The notes beneath the pieces are model-generated. The model was not told the origin of the DNA. It was given only the letters and a program-made list of their open reading frames with translations, and did not search any database. Below are positions 47,163 to 56,894 of a DNA stretch of 64,000 nt, piece after piece. The DNA is from Polyangia bacterium (GTDB lineage: Bacteria > Myxococcota_A > Polyangia > Nannocystales > Nannocystaceae), in contig JAUIFF010000001.1 of NCBI GenBank assembly GCA_030429545.1, positions 339,599-403,598 on the forward strand. The letters run 5' to 3'. How positions within the stretch are numbered: position 1 is the stretch's first letter; the number at the start of each line of letters is the position of its first letter. Position numbers and translations under genes: made by a program.

Positions 47163-48179
47163 CTATCTGGGTGATGGCGAGCCGAGCGTGTCGGCGAACA
47201 ACTCGGGGAACACGTTGGCGACCTTGGCCGTGAGATAGGCCCCGTAGGTGCCTTGGTGGTCCATCGGGTCGTGGTTGTCCCAGCGTTTGCGGTGCTCGGG
47301 CGGCGGCGGTCCAAGGTGTTGTAATGGCGCGAGCTGGTCCGGGGTTGCCTCCCAGTCTGGGTCGTAAAAATAGGCGAGTGAAACCCGACCTGGGCCGTCG
47401 GTTCCAACCTGAGCGTGCACGCGGTGGGGCGTTGAACGGTAGTGCCCGTTGGTCAGCCGCTCGAGCATGTCGCCTAGGTTGCACACAAGTGTGCCGGGCA
47501 CGGGTGGCACCGCGGTCCAACCGGCAGGGGTGTGAACCTCGAGACCACCACGTGTATCTTGGCAAAGTACGGTGAGTAATCCGTAATCGGTATGCTCGGC
47601 CACCCCCCAATGGTTGGGGTTGTGACCGGTACGGGCCGGATAGTGGAAGATGCGAAACAGGGTTGTCGGGTCGTGGGTGAGTCCGCAGGCGAAGTAGTCG
47701 CTGGCAAGCCCGAGGCCGCGGGCCATACCCGATAAAAGTGTAGCTGCAAGCGACTGCATGGCCGCGAGGTAGCGGGCGACGAGCTCGGCGAGTTCGGGAA
47801 CCTCGCTTGGAAACGGGTTGGGGCCGTGCAGTGGGGTTTGGGCGCGAACTTTGGGGTGCCCAGTTGGTAGGTGCTTGCCGAAGTAATAACCCTCTTTTTG
47901 GTCGGGCACACCCGAGGTCAACTCACCACCCACGGGAAACCACCCGCGCCATGCCGGGCCAAAGTGGTGCATGGCAACGGCTGCTTTGCGAGCGGGTGGC
48001 AGGGCAAAAAACCTTCGTGCCGCCTGGTCGAGCGCCGCGATGAGTTTGGGGCAGACGCCGTGATTGTGCACCAAGAAAAACCCCGATTGCCGACAGGCTT
48101 GGTCGAGTGAGCGCGCGACCACGTCGTGTGCATTCGCAGGGCCGTCGAGCAGTGGGCCAATGTCGACAAGCGGCAGCAT
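47163..48179 (-). CDS. 2-oxoglutarate/Fe(II)-dependent oxygenase (isopenicillin-N-synthase-like family)
   Basis: N-terminal DIOX_N-like MLPLVDIGPLLDG...QACRQSGFFLVHNHGV. Core HTDYGLLTVLCQD (the HxD motif), distal His in ...GHYRSTPHRVHA..., and the RxS-type region. Confidence 0.8.
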   Translation of the reverse strand: MLPLVDIGPLLDGPANAHDVVARSLDQACRQSGFFLVHNHGVCPKLIAALDQAARRFFALPPARKAAVAMHHFGPAWRGWFPVGGELTSGVPDQKEGYYFGKHLPTGHPKVRAQTPLHGPNPFPSEVPELAELVARYLAAMQSLAATLLSGMARGLGLASDYFACGLTHDPTTLFRIFHYPARTGHNPNHWGVAEHTDYGLLTVLCQDTRGGLEVHTPAGWTAVPPVPGTLVCNLGDMLERLTNGHYRSTPHRVHAQVGTDGPGRVSLAYFYDPDWEATPDQLAPLQHLGPPPPEHRKRWDNHDPMDHQGTYGAYLTAKVANVFPELFADTLGSPSPR

Positions 48180-48199
48180 CTATACAGTGTACCTACAAC

Positions 48200-49063
48200 T
48201 TAGCCTGGTAGCCGGCCGTCGGTACCAAAGGTGCGTTCGGGGTTGCGCAGGTGTTCACAAAGTCTTGAAAGGATTCGACCACACATCACACCGTCGACAA
48301 TGCGGTGGTCAAACGTGTAGCTAAACGGCAGCATTGGACGTACTTTGGCTTCGCCGGCGACCGCGATTGCCTCGTGCTGGACGGGCAAAATGCCGACAAA
48401 GCTCCCGAGGCCAAAAAACCGTCGGGGTGGTGTAAACGATGCTGCCCGCGAGACCACGCCGCCAGGGACATTGAGGGTGGAGCCCAAATTGGAAACAAGC
48501 GCCGTCATCGGGTAGACCCGATGAAATTGCCGATACAACGGAAGTTGCTGGCTGGCGGCATCGAGTACGTCGAGCGTGCGGTGTAGCAGGCGGGTAGGGA
48601 TGTGCCGCGCCAATGGCATCAGTCGTAAAAATAAGGGGTTGGGCGTGGCCGAATCTCGGTAGTCTTGGACCCGCCCCGAAACGCGTTCGGCGATGTCTCG
48701 CAGCGAGCGGGTCTCGCATTTGGTGACCAGCACCGCACTCAGCTCGGCCTTGCCACCACCCCCCTTGGCCGCCCCGAGGTCGATCGGCACAGCGATGCCA
48801 ACGTGCTCGTGGCGGACGATTCGACGCCCGACCACGGAGGCATTGACCACGGGAAATTCACGGTAGACCCGCGACAGCGCAGCCATAAATAGGTGTTGCA
48901 CAGTGACCCGCGGCAGCACGTTGGAGGCGTTGAGCTGCTGGAGGTAGGCCTGGGCCTCCGTGAACTCGACGGCGCAACTAAATGACGCGTAGGGCGAAAA
49001 TGGAGGGTACTTGAAGTACCACAGCATCGCCTTGCGAATCACTGAGAGGGGCAGGACCTCCAT
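48200..49063 (-). CDS. stand-alone 2-oxoacid-dehydrogenase-type (E2 catalytic domain) acyltransferase-family protein
   Basis: C-terminus ...SYTFDHRIVDGVMCGRIL... carries the catalytic DHRxxDG motif of E2/CAT-fold acyltransferases. No lipoyl or E1/E3-binding domains. Separated by only 20 bp from the oxygenase gene and co-oriented with it. Confidence 0.65.
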   Translation of the reverse strand: MEVLPLSVIRKAMLWYFKYPPFSPYASFSCAVEFTEAQAYLQQLNASNVLPRVTVQHLFMAALSRVYREFPVVNASVVGRRIVRHEHVGIAVPIDLGAAKGGGGKAELSAVLVTKCETRSLRDIAERVSGRVQDYRDSATPNPLFLRLMPLARHIPTRLLHRTLDVLDAASQQLPLYRQFHRVYPMTALVSNLGSTLNVPGGVVSRAASFTPPRRFFGLGSFVGILPVQHEAIAVAGEAKVRPMLPFSYTFDHRIVDGVMCGRILSRLCEHLRNPERTFGTDGRLPG

Positions 49064-49205
49064 GGTGATGGCATTGTATGCGGGGTTGCCAACAATCCGC
49101 CAGCCCGCTCCCCGAAGTCAGGCGCTGAGCAGTTTGCTGGCGGTCAAGTGCGGGATTGCCAACAATTCGCTGGCCGGGACCCCGGGGTGTGCCGAGGACG
49201 CGAAC

Positions 49206-49400
49206 GCAGCTCGGCCAGCTCGACCAGCTCGACTAGCTCGACCAGCTCGACCAGCTCGATCAGCTCGGCCGGCTCGGCCAGCTCGGCCAGCTCGGCCAGC
49301 TCGACCTGCTCGACCTGCTCGACCTGCTCGACCTGCTCGACCTGCTCGACCTGCTCGACCAGCTCGACCAGCTCGACCAGCTCGACCAGCTCGACCAGCT
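49206..49400. repeat. 9-bp microsatellite (tcgRccNgc)n of about 21 units inside a divergent promoter region
   Basis: Three sub-blocks: tcgRccagc x10, tcgacctgc x6, tcgaccagc x5. Followed by 2x ttggacatg(c/g). Lies in the 468-bp gap between divergent gene starts 49063 (-) and 49532 (+). Read as plus-strand codons it would encode (PAR)n. Confidence 0.8.
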
Positions 49401-49531
49401 TGGACATGCTTGGACATGGACCGAGCGCGCTCCGGAGCGGCAGTGCCGGAGATCCCGCAGGCGAGCAAACGCGTGGATTTTTTGGAGCCGCGGGCGAGCT
49501 GACGTAGGCGTAGGGGGCGAGGTTTTTTCCC

Positions 49532-50338
49532 ATGCGTGACGTGCATAAGTGGAAGGACAAAGTCGAGTTTTCCCTCGACAACCGTCAGATCTTCTTTTTG
49601 TTCTTCGGCCTTTCGGTCGTTGGCTGTTTTGTCTTTGCCCTCGGCGTAATGGTTGGGCGGCGCGGGGACGATGCTCCCAAGATCGCCCGTGCCCAGCAGG
49701 ACGCTCTCGGCCTGCTTGCCGGCGTCGACGAGACAACCCCGGCTGAGCCCGCCGAACAGGTTGGGTTTTCGTTTAAGGAAGGGCTCGCGCAGTCGGCTGC
49801 GGCCGACCTGCCGGAAACCCGAGACCCAGAGGTTCCGCCCCAGCACGACAAGGCCAAGGCCAAGGTCAAGGCAAAGGTCGAGGACAAAGCCAAAAAACCG
49901 GCCAAGCCGGAGCCCAAAAAGCCCCAGCCGCTGTTGGCCAAAAACAACAAGCCAAAGCCGGTGGCCAAACCCCTGCCTGCCGCCCTGCCAAAGCCGCCTG
50001 CAGCCAAGCCCAAGCCACCTACGGTCAAGCCCGAAAATAAGCCTAAGCCCGCGGCGATTCCGGCCAAGGCAACACCCGAGGCGGCGATCCAAAAGCCCAA
50101 GTCGGCCTCCGGGTTTACGTTGCAGATGAAGGCGTTTGCCAACCAGGCCGATGCCGACAAGCTCGCTGACAAACTGCGGCGAAACGGGCACGACGTTCGG
50201 GTCGAGACCGCCGATGTTCGCGGGCGCCTGTGGTACCGCGTGCGCGTGGGTAACTTCACCAAGTGGGACGATGCCCTCATGGCCAAAAAGAAGTTCGAAG
50301 AGGCCGAGTCGGTGATCGCCTACGTCGTCCGTATGTAG
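49532..50338 (+). CDS. SPOR-domain protein (FtsN/DedD-like; TM anchor, Lys/Pro/Ala-rich linker, C-terminal peptidoglycan-binding SPOR domain)
   Basis: TM FFLFFGLSVVGCFVFALGVMV. Long KPxP/AKxK low-complexity linker. C-terminal ...GFTLQMKAFANQADADKLADKLRRNGHDVRVETADVRGRLWYRVRVGNFTKWDDA... is the SPOR pattern. Confidence 0.75.
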   Translation: MRDVHKWKDKVEFSLDNRQIFFLFFGLSVVGCFVFALGVMVGRRGDDAPKIARAQQDALGLLAGVDETTPAEPAEQVGFSFKEGLAQSAAADLPETRDPEVPPQHDKAKAKVKAKVEDKAKKPAKPEPKKPQPLLAKNNKPKPVAKPLPAALPKPPAAKPKPPTVKPENKPKPAAIPAKATPEAAIQKPKSASGFTLQMKAFANQADADKLADKLRRNGHDVRVETADVRGRLWYRVRVGNFTKWDDALMAKKKFEEAESVIAYVVRM

Positions 50339-50356
50339 ATGCAAATATTTCAACAA

Positions 50357-50388
50357 ATGCCCGGGTTATGCCCGGGCGTTTTTATTGG
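50357..50388. terminator. hairpin terminator (palindromic gcccggg-ttat-gcccgggc plus T-run)
   Basis: Hairpin at 50359-50377 followed by gtttttattgg. Lies 20 bp after the SPOR gene stop. The stop of the convergent minus-strand gene (50382) sits in the T-run. Confidence 0.55.
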
Positions 50389-50930
50389 TTGGCGAACGCT
50401 TTTCGCCAGCCACGCTTCTCGATCGTCCTCGGGTTGCGGTCGCCGATCTGCGCGAGGTAGCGTTGCAGGTAGGTGAGCTCGTGGTCGTTGCGGTCGCCCT
50501 CAAAGTCGCTGACCGCAATGAGATTGCCGTATGAGCGGCACCACTTGCTCGGGGTGTTGTCGACAGCGAGCACGCGCTCGCGCCGAAAGCCGCGACGCCG
50601 GAGTTTTTTGAGGTCCTTGATGTATTCGTATTCACGCGTGTGCGGGTCTAACCGCAGGGTGCAGCGACGGCGAGTCCACACGAGCGCGAGTTGCCCATAG
50701 GATTGACCGAGCAATTGCTGCAGGACCGGATGTGCATACGAAGCGGTTGAGACGGTCCAGATCGCAACCCCGGTAAAGTTGGCGAATGCCCATGCCATAA
50801 ACTGCTCGACCCCGGGCCGGTGGTACACATGGTAGGGCCCCACCGTGCAGTTCGGAGGGTAGTCGAGTGCCAACTTTGTGGCATATACAAGCGTCTCGTC
50901 GAGATCGAGTACAAGCAGTTTTTGAAACAT
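50382..50930 (-). CDS. HAD-superfamily NIF/FCP1-like phosphatase
   Basis: N-terminus MFQKLLVLDLDETLVYAT (the DxDxT motif), plus the size and downstream pattern of NLI-interacting-factor-like phosphatases. Confidence 0.65.
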   Translation of the reverse strand: MFQKLLVLDLDETLVYATKLALDYPPNCTVGPYHVYHRPGVEQFMAWAFANFTGVAIWTVSTASYAHPVLQQLLGQSYGQLALVWTRRRCTLRLDPHTREYEYIKDLKKLRRRGFRRERVLAVDNTPSKWCRSYGNLIAVSDFEGDRNDHELTYLQRYLAQIGDRNPRTIEKRGWRKAFANQ

Positions 50931-50933
50931 CGT

Positions 50934-52295
50934 CTAGCCGATGGAGGGAACCTGGTACACCCCCGACCACCCGGGAGGGGCACCCTCGCCGAGGAGTTTT
51001 TGTGCACGTCGGTGGAGGCGTTGTGCGAGGGTATCGTGGGGGTTGAGTTCGTATACGGCGGCAAATGCCTCACATGCCTGGGTGAAGTTGCTCGCTTCGT
51101 AGGCGGCGAGCCCCTGCTCAAAAAGTGGTCGGGTCGACAGCTTTTGGTCGCGCGCCGGATCACTCGAAAACAGTTCGTAGATGTCCATGTTGTGCTTGGA
51201 TTGGTCAAACCGCACCTGGGCGATTTTGCGGGTCCATCGGCGTAGGTCCTCGTCGAGTAGCTCACGCATGGGGCCGCTGAGGAGGGTTTTAACGGCATAA
51301 CGTTTGGTCAGACGCTCGAGTTTGGCTGTGCAATCGACCACCTCTGATATCACAGTACTCTCGAAGCGGTCGGGGGCTCCAACTGTCCCCAAGAGCATTT
51401 GACCACAATGTAGCCCGATACCAACACGTACGTGGTCACCATCTTTGTCGACAAAGTCGACAAGCGCCTGGTGGATAGCGTCGGCTGCATGGACGGCATC
51501 CGCGGTCTCCTCGGGGAACAGGGCCATGACCGCGTCCCCCTCGTATTTGTCGATAAACCCGTGATGCTCGGTAATCGCAGGGGCGACACAGGCCATGTAG
51601 CGATTGAGAAAGTCGAGCCGGGCACCCGGACTCATGCCCGTGGTCTTGCGGGAAAAGCCGCGAATGCCCACAAACATCAACGTAGCCTCGGTTTCGACCT
51701 GGTCGCCGAGCCGAATTTGGGTGATGTCGTCGTGGCCGAGGAGGTCCAAAAATGCCCGGGGGACAAATCTGCTAAACGCCCGGTTGACCTGGCGCAGGCG
51801 GACATTGGCCTCGGCGAGGTCGACCATGCGTTCGGCCACCCGTTGCTCGAGATATTCATTGGCCTGTTCGAGTTTCCGGTTGGCCGCGTGCAGCTGCAAT
51901 TGCAATTTACGCATATTGACGTGGGTCGACACCCGCACAGACACTTCTTTTTGCTGGAACGGCTTGGTAATATAGTCAACAGCTCCGAGCTCAAAGCCAC
52001 GCACTTTGTCGACCGTTTCCGAAAGTGCCGTCATAAAAATAACTGGTATATCCTGGGTTTCGGCGTGCCCCTTGAGTCGCCGACAGGTTTCAAACCCGTC
52101 GATGTCAGGCATCATAACGTCGAGCAAGATCACATCAGGGCGGGTGAGCACGGCCTGCTCGAGCGCACCCTCGCCATCGACCGCTACGAGCACTTTAAAC
52201 CCATCGGCGCTCAGGGCTTCAAACAGCACCTCGAGGTTTGTCGGTGTGTCATCGACGATGAGGACGACGCCTCGGTAATCTGATTGTGTCGTCAT
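50934..52295 (-). CDS. response regulator with class III adenylate/guanylate cyclase output domain and C-terminal helical repeat region
   Basis: ATG at 52295 verified (MTTQSDYRGVVLIVDDTPTNLEVL...DVMMPDIDGFE, a REC domain). Coiled coil. Cyclase core (...ATLMFVGIRGFSRKT...YEGDAVMALF...). TPR-like tail. The start is 1 nt downstream of the kinase stop (TGAcATG). Confidence 0.8.
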   Translation of the reverse strand: MTTQSDYRGVVLIVDDTPTNLEVLFEALSADGFKVLVAVDGEGALEQAVLTRPDVILLDVMMPDIDGFETCRRLKGHAETQDIPVIFMTALSETVDKVRGFELGAVDYITKPFQQKEVSVRVSTHVNMRKLQLQLHAANRKLEQANEYLEQRVAERMVDLAEANVRLRQVNRAFSRFVPRAFLDLLGHDDITQIRLGDQVETEATLMFVGIRGFSRKTTGMSPGARLDFLNRYMACVAPAITEHHGFIDKYEGDAVMALFPEETADAVHAADAIHQALVDFVDKDGDHVRVGIGLHCGQMLLGTVGAPDRFESTVISEVVDCTAKLERLTKRYAVKTLLSGPMRELLDEDLRRWTRKIAQVRFDQSKHNMDIYELFSSDPARDQKLSTRPLFEQGLAAYEASNFTQACEAFAAVYELNPHDTLAQRLHRRAQKLLGEGAPPGWSGVYQVPSIG

Positions 52296-52296
52296 G

Positions 52297-54867
52297 TCAT
52301 GCTTCTTTTGCGGAGGCCATGGCGTTGGCCAGGAGTTCACGAACTTGTTTGAGCTTAAAGCGGCGCGCGAGGGTGATAACTTCGTCGGTAAATGCCCCGT
52401 AGTTTGGGTCCGACTTTTCGAGTTCCCGCGCGAGGGTAGTCAGGCCTTGGACATCGCCTCGACGCGCCAAATCGTGTAAAGGGGCGAGTTTCGCGGGAGG
52501 GGGGAGCTGAGGTTGAACCGCTGGCGACTGTGACTCGGCCTCGGCCTCGCGATCGGGGGACGATTCGAGGGCATCGGTGGTGTTGCCCTCGTAGGTCCAT
52601 CGCAGTCCAAGCAATTGACCCACAAGGTCGAGGAGTTTCGACAGGCGAAAGGGTTTGGCAATAAAACCGTCGGCACCGGCTGCGAGGCTCTCGCGGCGGT
52701 CGATATCAAATGCACTGGCAGAGATAATAATGATCTTACATGGCTCGGTGCGCGGGTCCTGACGAAGATTGTGAATTGCTTCAAACCCATCGACGTGGGG
52801 CATCTTGAGGTCGAGCAGGAGCAGGTCGGGCCTGTGCTCTCGGCACATCTGCAGGGCAGCGCGTCCATCGGCGGCCTCGTGCATCTCAAATCCGAGCGGG
52901 GCGAGCATGTGGACCAGGGTGGAGCGGTTTTCCCACACGTCATCGGCGACCAGCACCGTACGCGGAGCCCCGAGGTAGCCGGTGATTGTGCGCACCGTGG
53001 TGGCCGTGACAACGGCATTGTCCCGGCAGGTCGGCAGCCGGATATCAAACCAAAACACACTGCCCTGGCCGAGCTTACTTTGCACATGCAACTTGCCGCC
53101 CATAATCTCGACCAGCTCACGTGAGATGGCAAGGCCAAGGCCTGTTCCATCAGACATGTTTTCTGGGACGCCCACCTGGCGAAACGGCTCAAAGATCCGG
53201 TCGAGGTCATCCTTGGCGATACCAACCCCTGTGTCCTCAATTCTAAACCTGTAGGTCTCCGCAGTCGCTTCGACGGTAAACGTAACCCGCCCCTCCTTGG
53301 TAAACTTGATGGCATTTCCAAGCAGGTTGAGCAGGACCTGGCGCAGGCGCTGCTCATCGCCCGACACGGCCGCAGGCAAGGCATTGAGGGGTTTGTAGGT
53401 GAACGTGATGTCCTTGAGGCCAGCACGCACACGGAAGATCTCGGCGACTCCGTGCAATAACTCCGTCAGCGAGAAGTCGGCGATATGTAGTTCGAGCTTG
53501 CGATTTTCAATTTTGGCGATGTCGAGGATGTCATTTATCAGCGAGAGCAGGTGTTCGCCGCTTCGCCGAATGACGTCGATCCCCGTGCGATGGGTTGGCG
53601 GCAGGTTTTTGGCTTGCCCGATAATCTGTGCATAGCCAAGTATACCGTTGAGTGGCGTCCGTAACTCATGGCTCATACGGGCCAGGAAGTTGCTTTTTTC
53701 CCTGTTTGCCGCCTCGGCCGAGGCGCGCGCCAGCTCAGCGGCTTCCTTGGCCCGCTGCAGCTCGCTGTTTCGGCGGATGTTGAGCAGGGTGATGCCAATG
53801 TAGCTCGCCAAGTGTAAGAGCAGGTCCTGTTCGCGCTGGTGGCTGTAGGTGCCAACGCTGGTGCTCGCTACATTGACCGTGCCGAGGATGGTCTCACCGG
53901 CGACCATGGGTGCAATCAGACAGGTTTTGAGCCCGACCTTGGCCAGCCGCGGGCCTTCGCGTAGCTCGCTGCTCGGGAGGTCGGAAATCAGCAGCGGGCG
54001 GCCCGACAAAACGGCTTCGCCGGGCCCAGTACCCGCGAGCGGAGAGAGCTCCCCAAGCTGGACCGCGCCCATCGAGCTGCGTAGCCCATAGAGGGTGAGG
54101 GCCTGTTTGTCGGGTTTGAGCAGGGCGATGCTCACCCGATCAGCTGGCAACACGCGGGCCGTGAATTCGGTTGTGACCTTAAACAGCTCCTCCTCGGTTG
54201 TCGCGTAACCGAGTGCACGCCCCATTTCACTGAGCGCAGCCAAGCGTTGAGCATGTACACGCGTCTGGGCGAGGGTTTCGCGGCTGCGTGCGAGCTGGCG
54301 CCGGGCCTCAATATTCGATGCAAGTACAACTGCGATCTGCTGCGCTTGGCGGGCAAGCTCCGTGTCGTAGGCGTTGGTTGTCACCGCTCCGAGGTTGAGG
54401 GTGCCGATCACGCGGGGACCGACTTTGAGGGGCACACACATGGTCGACAAAATGCCGGAGCGCGCTAGCTGCGAAGATTCGCCATAGTGGCTGTTTGTGG
54501 TGTCCCGAACAAACACCACCTGACCCGACTTGACCGCGCTCCCGACAGCCGTGCCATCAGCTGGAACAACGGCCCCTTTGGGTAAGGAGTTACGGTTGCC
54601 CTCGAGCGCATGCACCGTGAGTGTTTGGTCACCGTCATTGACGAGGGCGATGCTTGTACGATCGCTCGGAAGGTATTTGAGTACGTGGTGGGCGACCCGC
54701 CGCAGCAGATCGTCCTCGTCGACGGCCTCATTAAACGCGATCGAGATCGAAGCGAGCCGTTGGGCCGCATCGGCTCGGCTCTGGGCACGTGCGAGTTTCT
54801 GCTCGAGTTCAGCAGACGAAGTATCGATCTCGGTTCGATTGTTCCGGTCGTTCACCGACTGCTCCAA
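52297..54867 (-). CDS. hybrid sensor histidine kinase (three GAF domains, HisKA, HATPase_c, C-terminal receiver)
   Basis: H-box [25 protein letters not shown] boxes (...[12 protein letters not shown]..., DTGVGI..., [13 protein letters not shown]). REC domain with ...[11 protein letters not shown]...[15 protein letters not shown].... Three GAF-like modules upstream. Confidence 0.85.
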   Translation of the reverse strand: MEQSVNDRNNRTEIDTSSAELEQKLARAQSRADAAQRLASISIAFNEAVDEDDLLRRVAHHVLKYLPSDRTSIALVNDGDQTLTVHALEGNRNSLPKGAVVPADGTAVGSAVKSGQVVFVRDTTNSHYGESSQLARSGILSTMCVPLKVGPRVIGTLNLGAVTTNAYDTELARQAQQIAVVLASNIEARRQLARSRETLAQTRVHAQRLAALSEMGRALGYATTEEELFKVTTEFTARVLPADRVSIALLKPDKQALTLYGLRSSMGAVQLGELSPLAGTGPGEAVLSGRPLLISDLPSSELREGPRLAKVGLKTCLIAPMVAGETILGTVNVASTSVGTYSHQREQDLLLHLASYIGITLLNIRRNSELQRAKEAAELARASAEAANREKSNFLARMSHELRTPLNGILGYAQIIGQAKNLPPTHRTGIDVIRRSGEHLLSLINDILDIAKIENRKLELHIADFSLTELLHGVAEIFRVRAGLKDITFTYKPLNALPAAVSGDEQRLRQVLLNLLGNAIKFTKEGRVTFTVEATAETYRFRIEDTGVGIAKDDLDRIFEPFRQVGVPENMSDGTGLGLAISRELVEIMGGKLHVQSKLGQGSVFWFDIRLPTCRDNAVVTATTVRTITGYLGAPRTVLVADDVWENRSTLVHMLAPLGFEMHEAADGRAALQMCREHRPDLLLLDLKMPHVDGFEAIHNLRQDPRTEPCKIIIISASAFDIDRRESLAAGADGFIAKPFRLSKLLDLVGQLLGLRWTYEGNTTDALESSPDREAEAESQSPAVQPQLPPPAKLAPLHDLARRGDVQGLTTLARELEKSDPNYGAFTDEVITLARRFKLKQVRELLANAMASAKEA

Positions 54868-55086
54868 ACTCGCTAAATCCGGTAGAAGTTACGGTACCAA
54901 TCGGTCGAAACCCGGTCAATTGGTCGGGACCAACTATCGACATCGCACGAGCTCCATTTTGAGGTCGCTAGCGATGCGCATGCATCGATTCAAACATGCG
55001 TTGTCGAGCACGGGCGAAACGGTTTGAGCGCAGCTTCGACCAAGTGCGCAGGGTGACGTGACGCCTCGCGTGCGCTAGGGTTTGGC

Positions 55087-56040
55087 GTGGCCAGAATGAT
55101 CGATGGAGAGTGGGTCGAGCACGACCTCGGGCCCGATGCGCACGGCCGCTTTATCCGCGCGGCAGCCAAGTTTCGCGGGCGAATCAGTGCCGACGGGAAA
55201 ACCGGGTTTAAAGCCGAGCAGGGGCGCTATCACCTCTATATCGCCGACGCCTGCGGTTGGTGCCATCGCACCTTGCTGTTTCGCCAGCTCCTCGGGCTTG
55301 AGGAAGTCATCTCGGTTTCGCGGGTCGAGCCGCTGATGGGGGCGCAAGGATGGGAATTTGGCGACCATGGCGACCCTGTCCTCGGTAAGTCGCGACTGAG
55401 TGAGGTCTATGCCGAACATGACCCAAAGTACACAGGCCGGGTCACTGTGCCGACTTTGTGGGACCGCAAAACGCACAGGATCGTGACCAATGAATCCTCG
55501 GACATTATCCGCGATTTCGACAGTGCATTTTCGGGACTCCTGGCAACACCGAGACGGTTTTTCCTCCCCGAGATTGCCGATGAGATTGATGCCATGATCG
55601 ACGCCAACTACCATCCGGTCAATAACGGCGTCTATCGCTGTGGGTTTGCCGGAAGTCAGCAGGCCTATGACGAGGCAATCGCTCAGCTGTTTGCCCGGCT
55701 CGACGCGCTAGAGTCCCTCCTGGGCAGACAGCGCTACCTGCTTGGCGAGCGACTGACGGCAGCTGATCTGTGCTTGTTCCCAACGCTGTATCGCTTTGAT
55801 AGCGTGTACTATATCCACTTTAAATGTTGTGTGCGCCAGCTGCGGGATTATCCAAATCTCTGGGCTTATACGCGGGACATTTACCAAACTCCTGGTGTTG
55901 CGAAAACCTGTGATATGGCCTCCACTCGCGCGCATTACTATGCAAGTCACGAGTCGATCCACCCCCGTCGGCTGGTACCGTCGGGCCCGGAGATCGACTT
56001 CTTAGCGCCCCATGGGCGGGAGCATGTGGGGACAGCGTGA
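55087..56040 (+). CDS. yqjG: glutathionyl-hydroquinone reductase (Xi-class GST, YqjG/ECM4 family)
   Basis: GRYHLYIADACGWCHRTLLFRQLLGL matches the YqjG N-terminal Cys-containing active-site region. Size and the remainder are consistent with GST_N_2/GST_C_2. Confidence 0.7.
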   Translation: MARMIDGEWVEHDLGPDAHGRFIRAAAKFRGRISADGKTGFKAEQGRYHLYIADACGWCHRTLLFRQLLGLEEVISVSRVEPLMGAQGWEFGDHGDPVLGKSRLSEVYAEHDPKYTGRVTVPTLWDRKTHRIVTNESSDIIRDFDSAFSGLLATPRRFFLPEIADEIDAMIDANYHPVNNGVYRCGFAGSQQAYDEAIAQLFARLDALESLLGRQRYLLGERLTAADLCLFPTLYRFDSVYYIHFKCCVRQLRDYPNLWAYTRDIYQTPGVAKTCDMASTRAHYYASHESIHPRRLVPSGPEIDFLAPHGREHVGTA

Positions 56041-56810
56041 CCCTGCGATTCTACTATTTTCCAACATCCCATTGGTCGCGGGCCGTTGGTATGGCAATTG
56101 AGGAGCTACAATTAAGTTGTGTGCGCGAGGTTGTTGATATTACCAAGAACGCCTCATTTGAGCCAAGGTATATGCAACTAAATCCCCGTGGGGTGGTGCC
56201 GACGCTTGTCGACGGCGAACAGGTGCTGTGGGACTCGCGGGCAATCGTGCGTTACCTCGACCAACGCTACGCCAACGGGCACCTGTGGGATGCACATGCG
56301 GAGGAGACCAAGGCCTGGATCGATCGTTTGCACAAGTTTCCCCTGATGCTGTTGAGCTATTCGGTTTGGGTGCTCGGCAAGCGTGGCGAGAAGTCGGCGG
56401 ATATTCTGGCGGACAAGGTTGGCCGGGCGTACCGCTACGCCGAGGAAAACCCCGAGCTCGCCGATGCCTATCGGCGCAAGGCTGCGTTTTTCGAGACGTT
56501 TGCCAAGGAACTTGGAGACGCTCAACACGTTGCCTCGGCGATTGAGACCAGTCGGATTGTGCTCGAACAACTGCGCGAGCAGGTGCGAGCCCGCCGGTGG
56601 ATCGCCGGGGACCGGATTTCGTTTGCCGACTGCATCGCCGCGAGTGTGTTGTCGCGGCTCGTTGACCTCGGGCTGCTCGACTTTTGGTACCGCGACCGCA
56701 GTGATCGTCTGCGGGCATACTTCGACAGGTTACGCGGCCGCGACTCCTATCGTTTTGTGTTTGTCGGCGACCCCCAGATTCCCGAGCACTTGCGCTTGCG
56801 ATTGCCCTAA
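56037..56810 (+). CDS. glutathione S-transferase family protein
   Basis: Thioredoxin-fold N-terminus MTLRFYYFPTSHWSRAVGMAIEELQL...VVPTLVDGEQVLWDSRAIVRYL. Helical C-domain. Start overlaps the upstream stop. Confidence 0.65.
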   Translation: MTLRFYYFPTSHWSRAVGMAIEELQLSCVREVVDITKNASFEPRYMQLNPRGVVPTLVDGEQVLWDSRAIVRYLDQRYANGHLWDAHAEETKAWIDRLHKFPLMLLSYSVWVLGKRGEKSADILADKVGRAYRYAEENPELADAYRRKAAFFETFAKELGDAQHVASAIETSRIVLEQLREQVRARRWIAGDRISFADCIAASVLSRLVDLGLLDFWYRDRSDRLRAYFDRLRGRDSYRFVFVGDPQIPEHLRLRLP

Positions 56811-56894
56811 TAATTTGTAGATGCAATATTTTTGCAACGGCTAGCGCAACTCGGGCACGAGGTCACGCGACAGTGCCGGTAGGCGGGTAGACGG

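Noticed and set aside
49011-49502. ORF encoding (PAR)n spanning the 9-bp microsatellite
   Set aside because: No convincing start context or signal and no protein-like flanks. The tract is treated as a non-coding promoter-region microsatellite, though a micro-ORF cannot be excluded.
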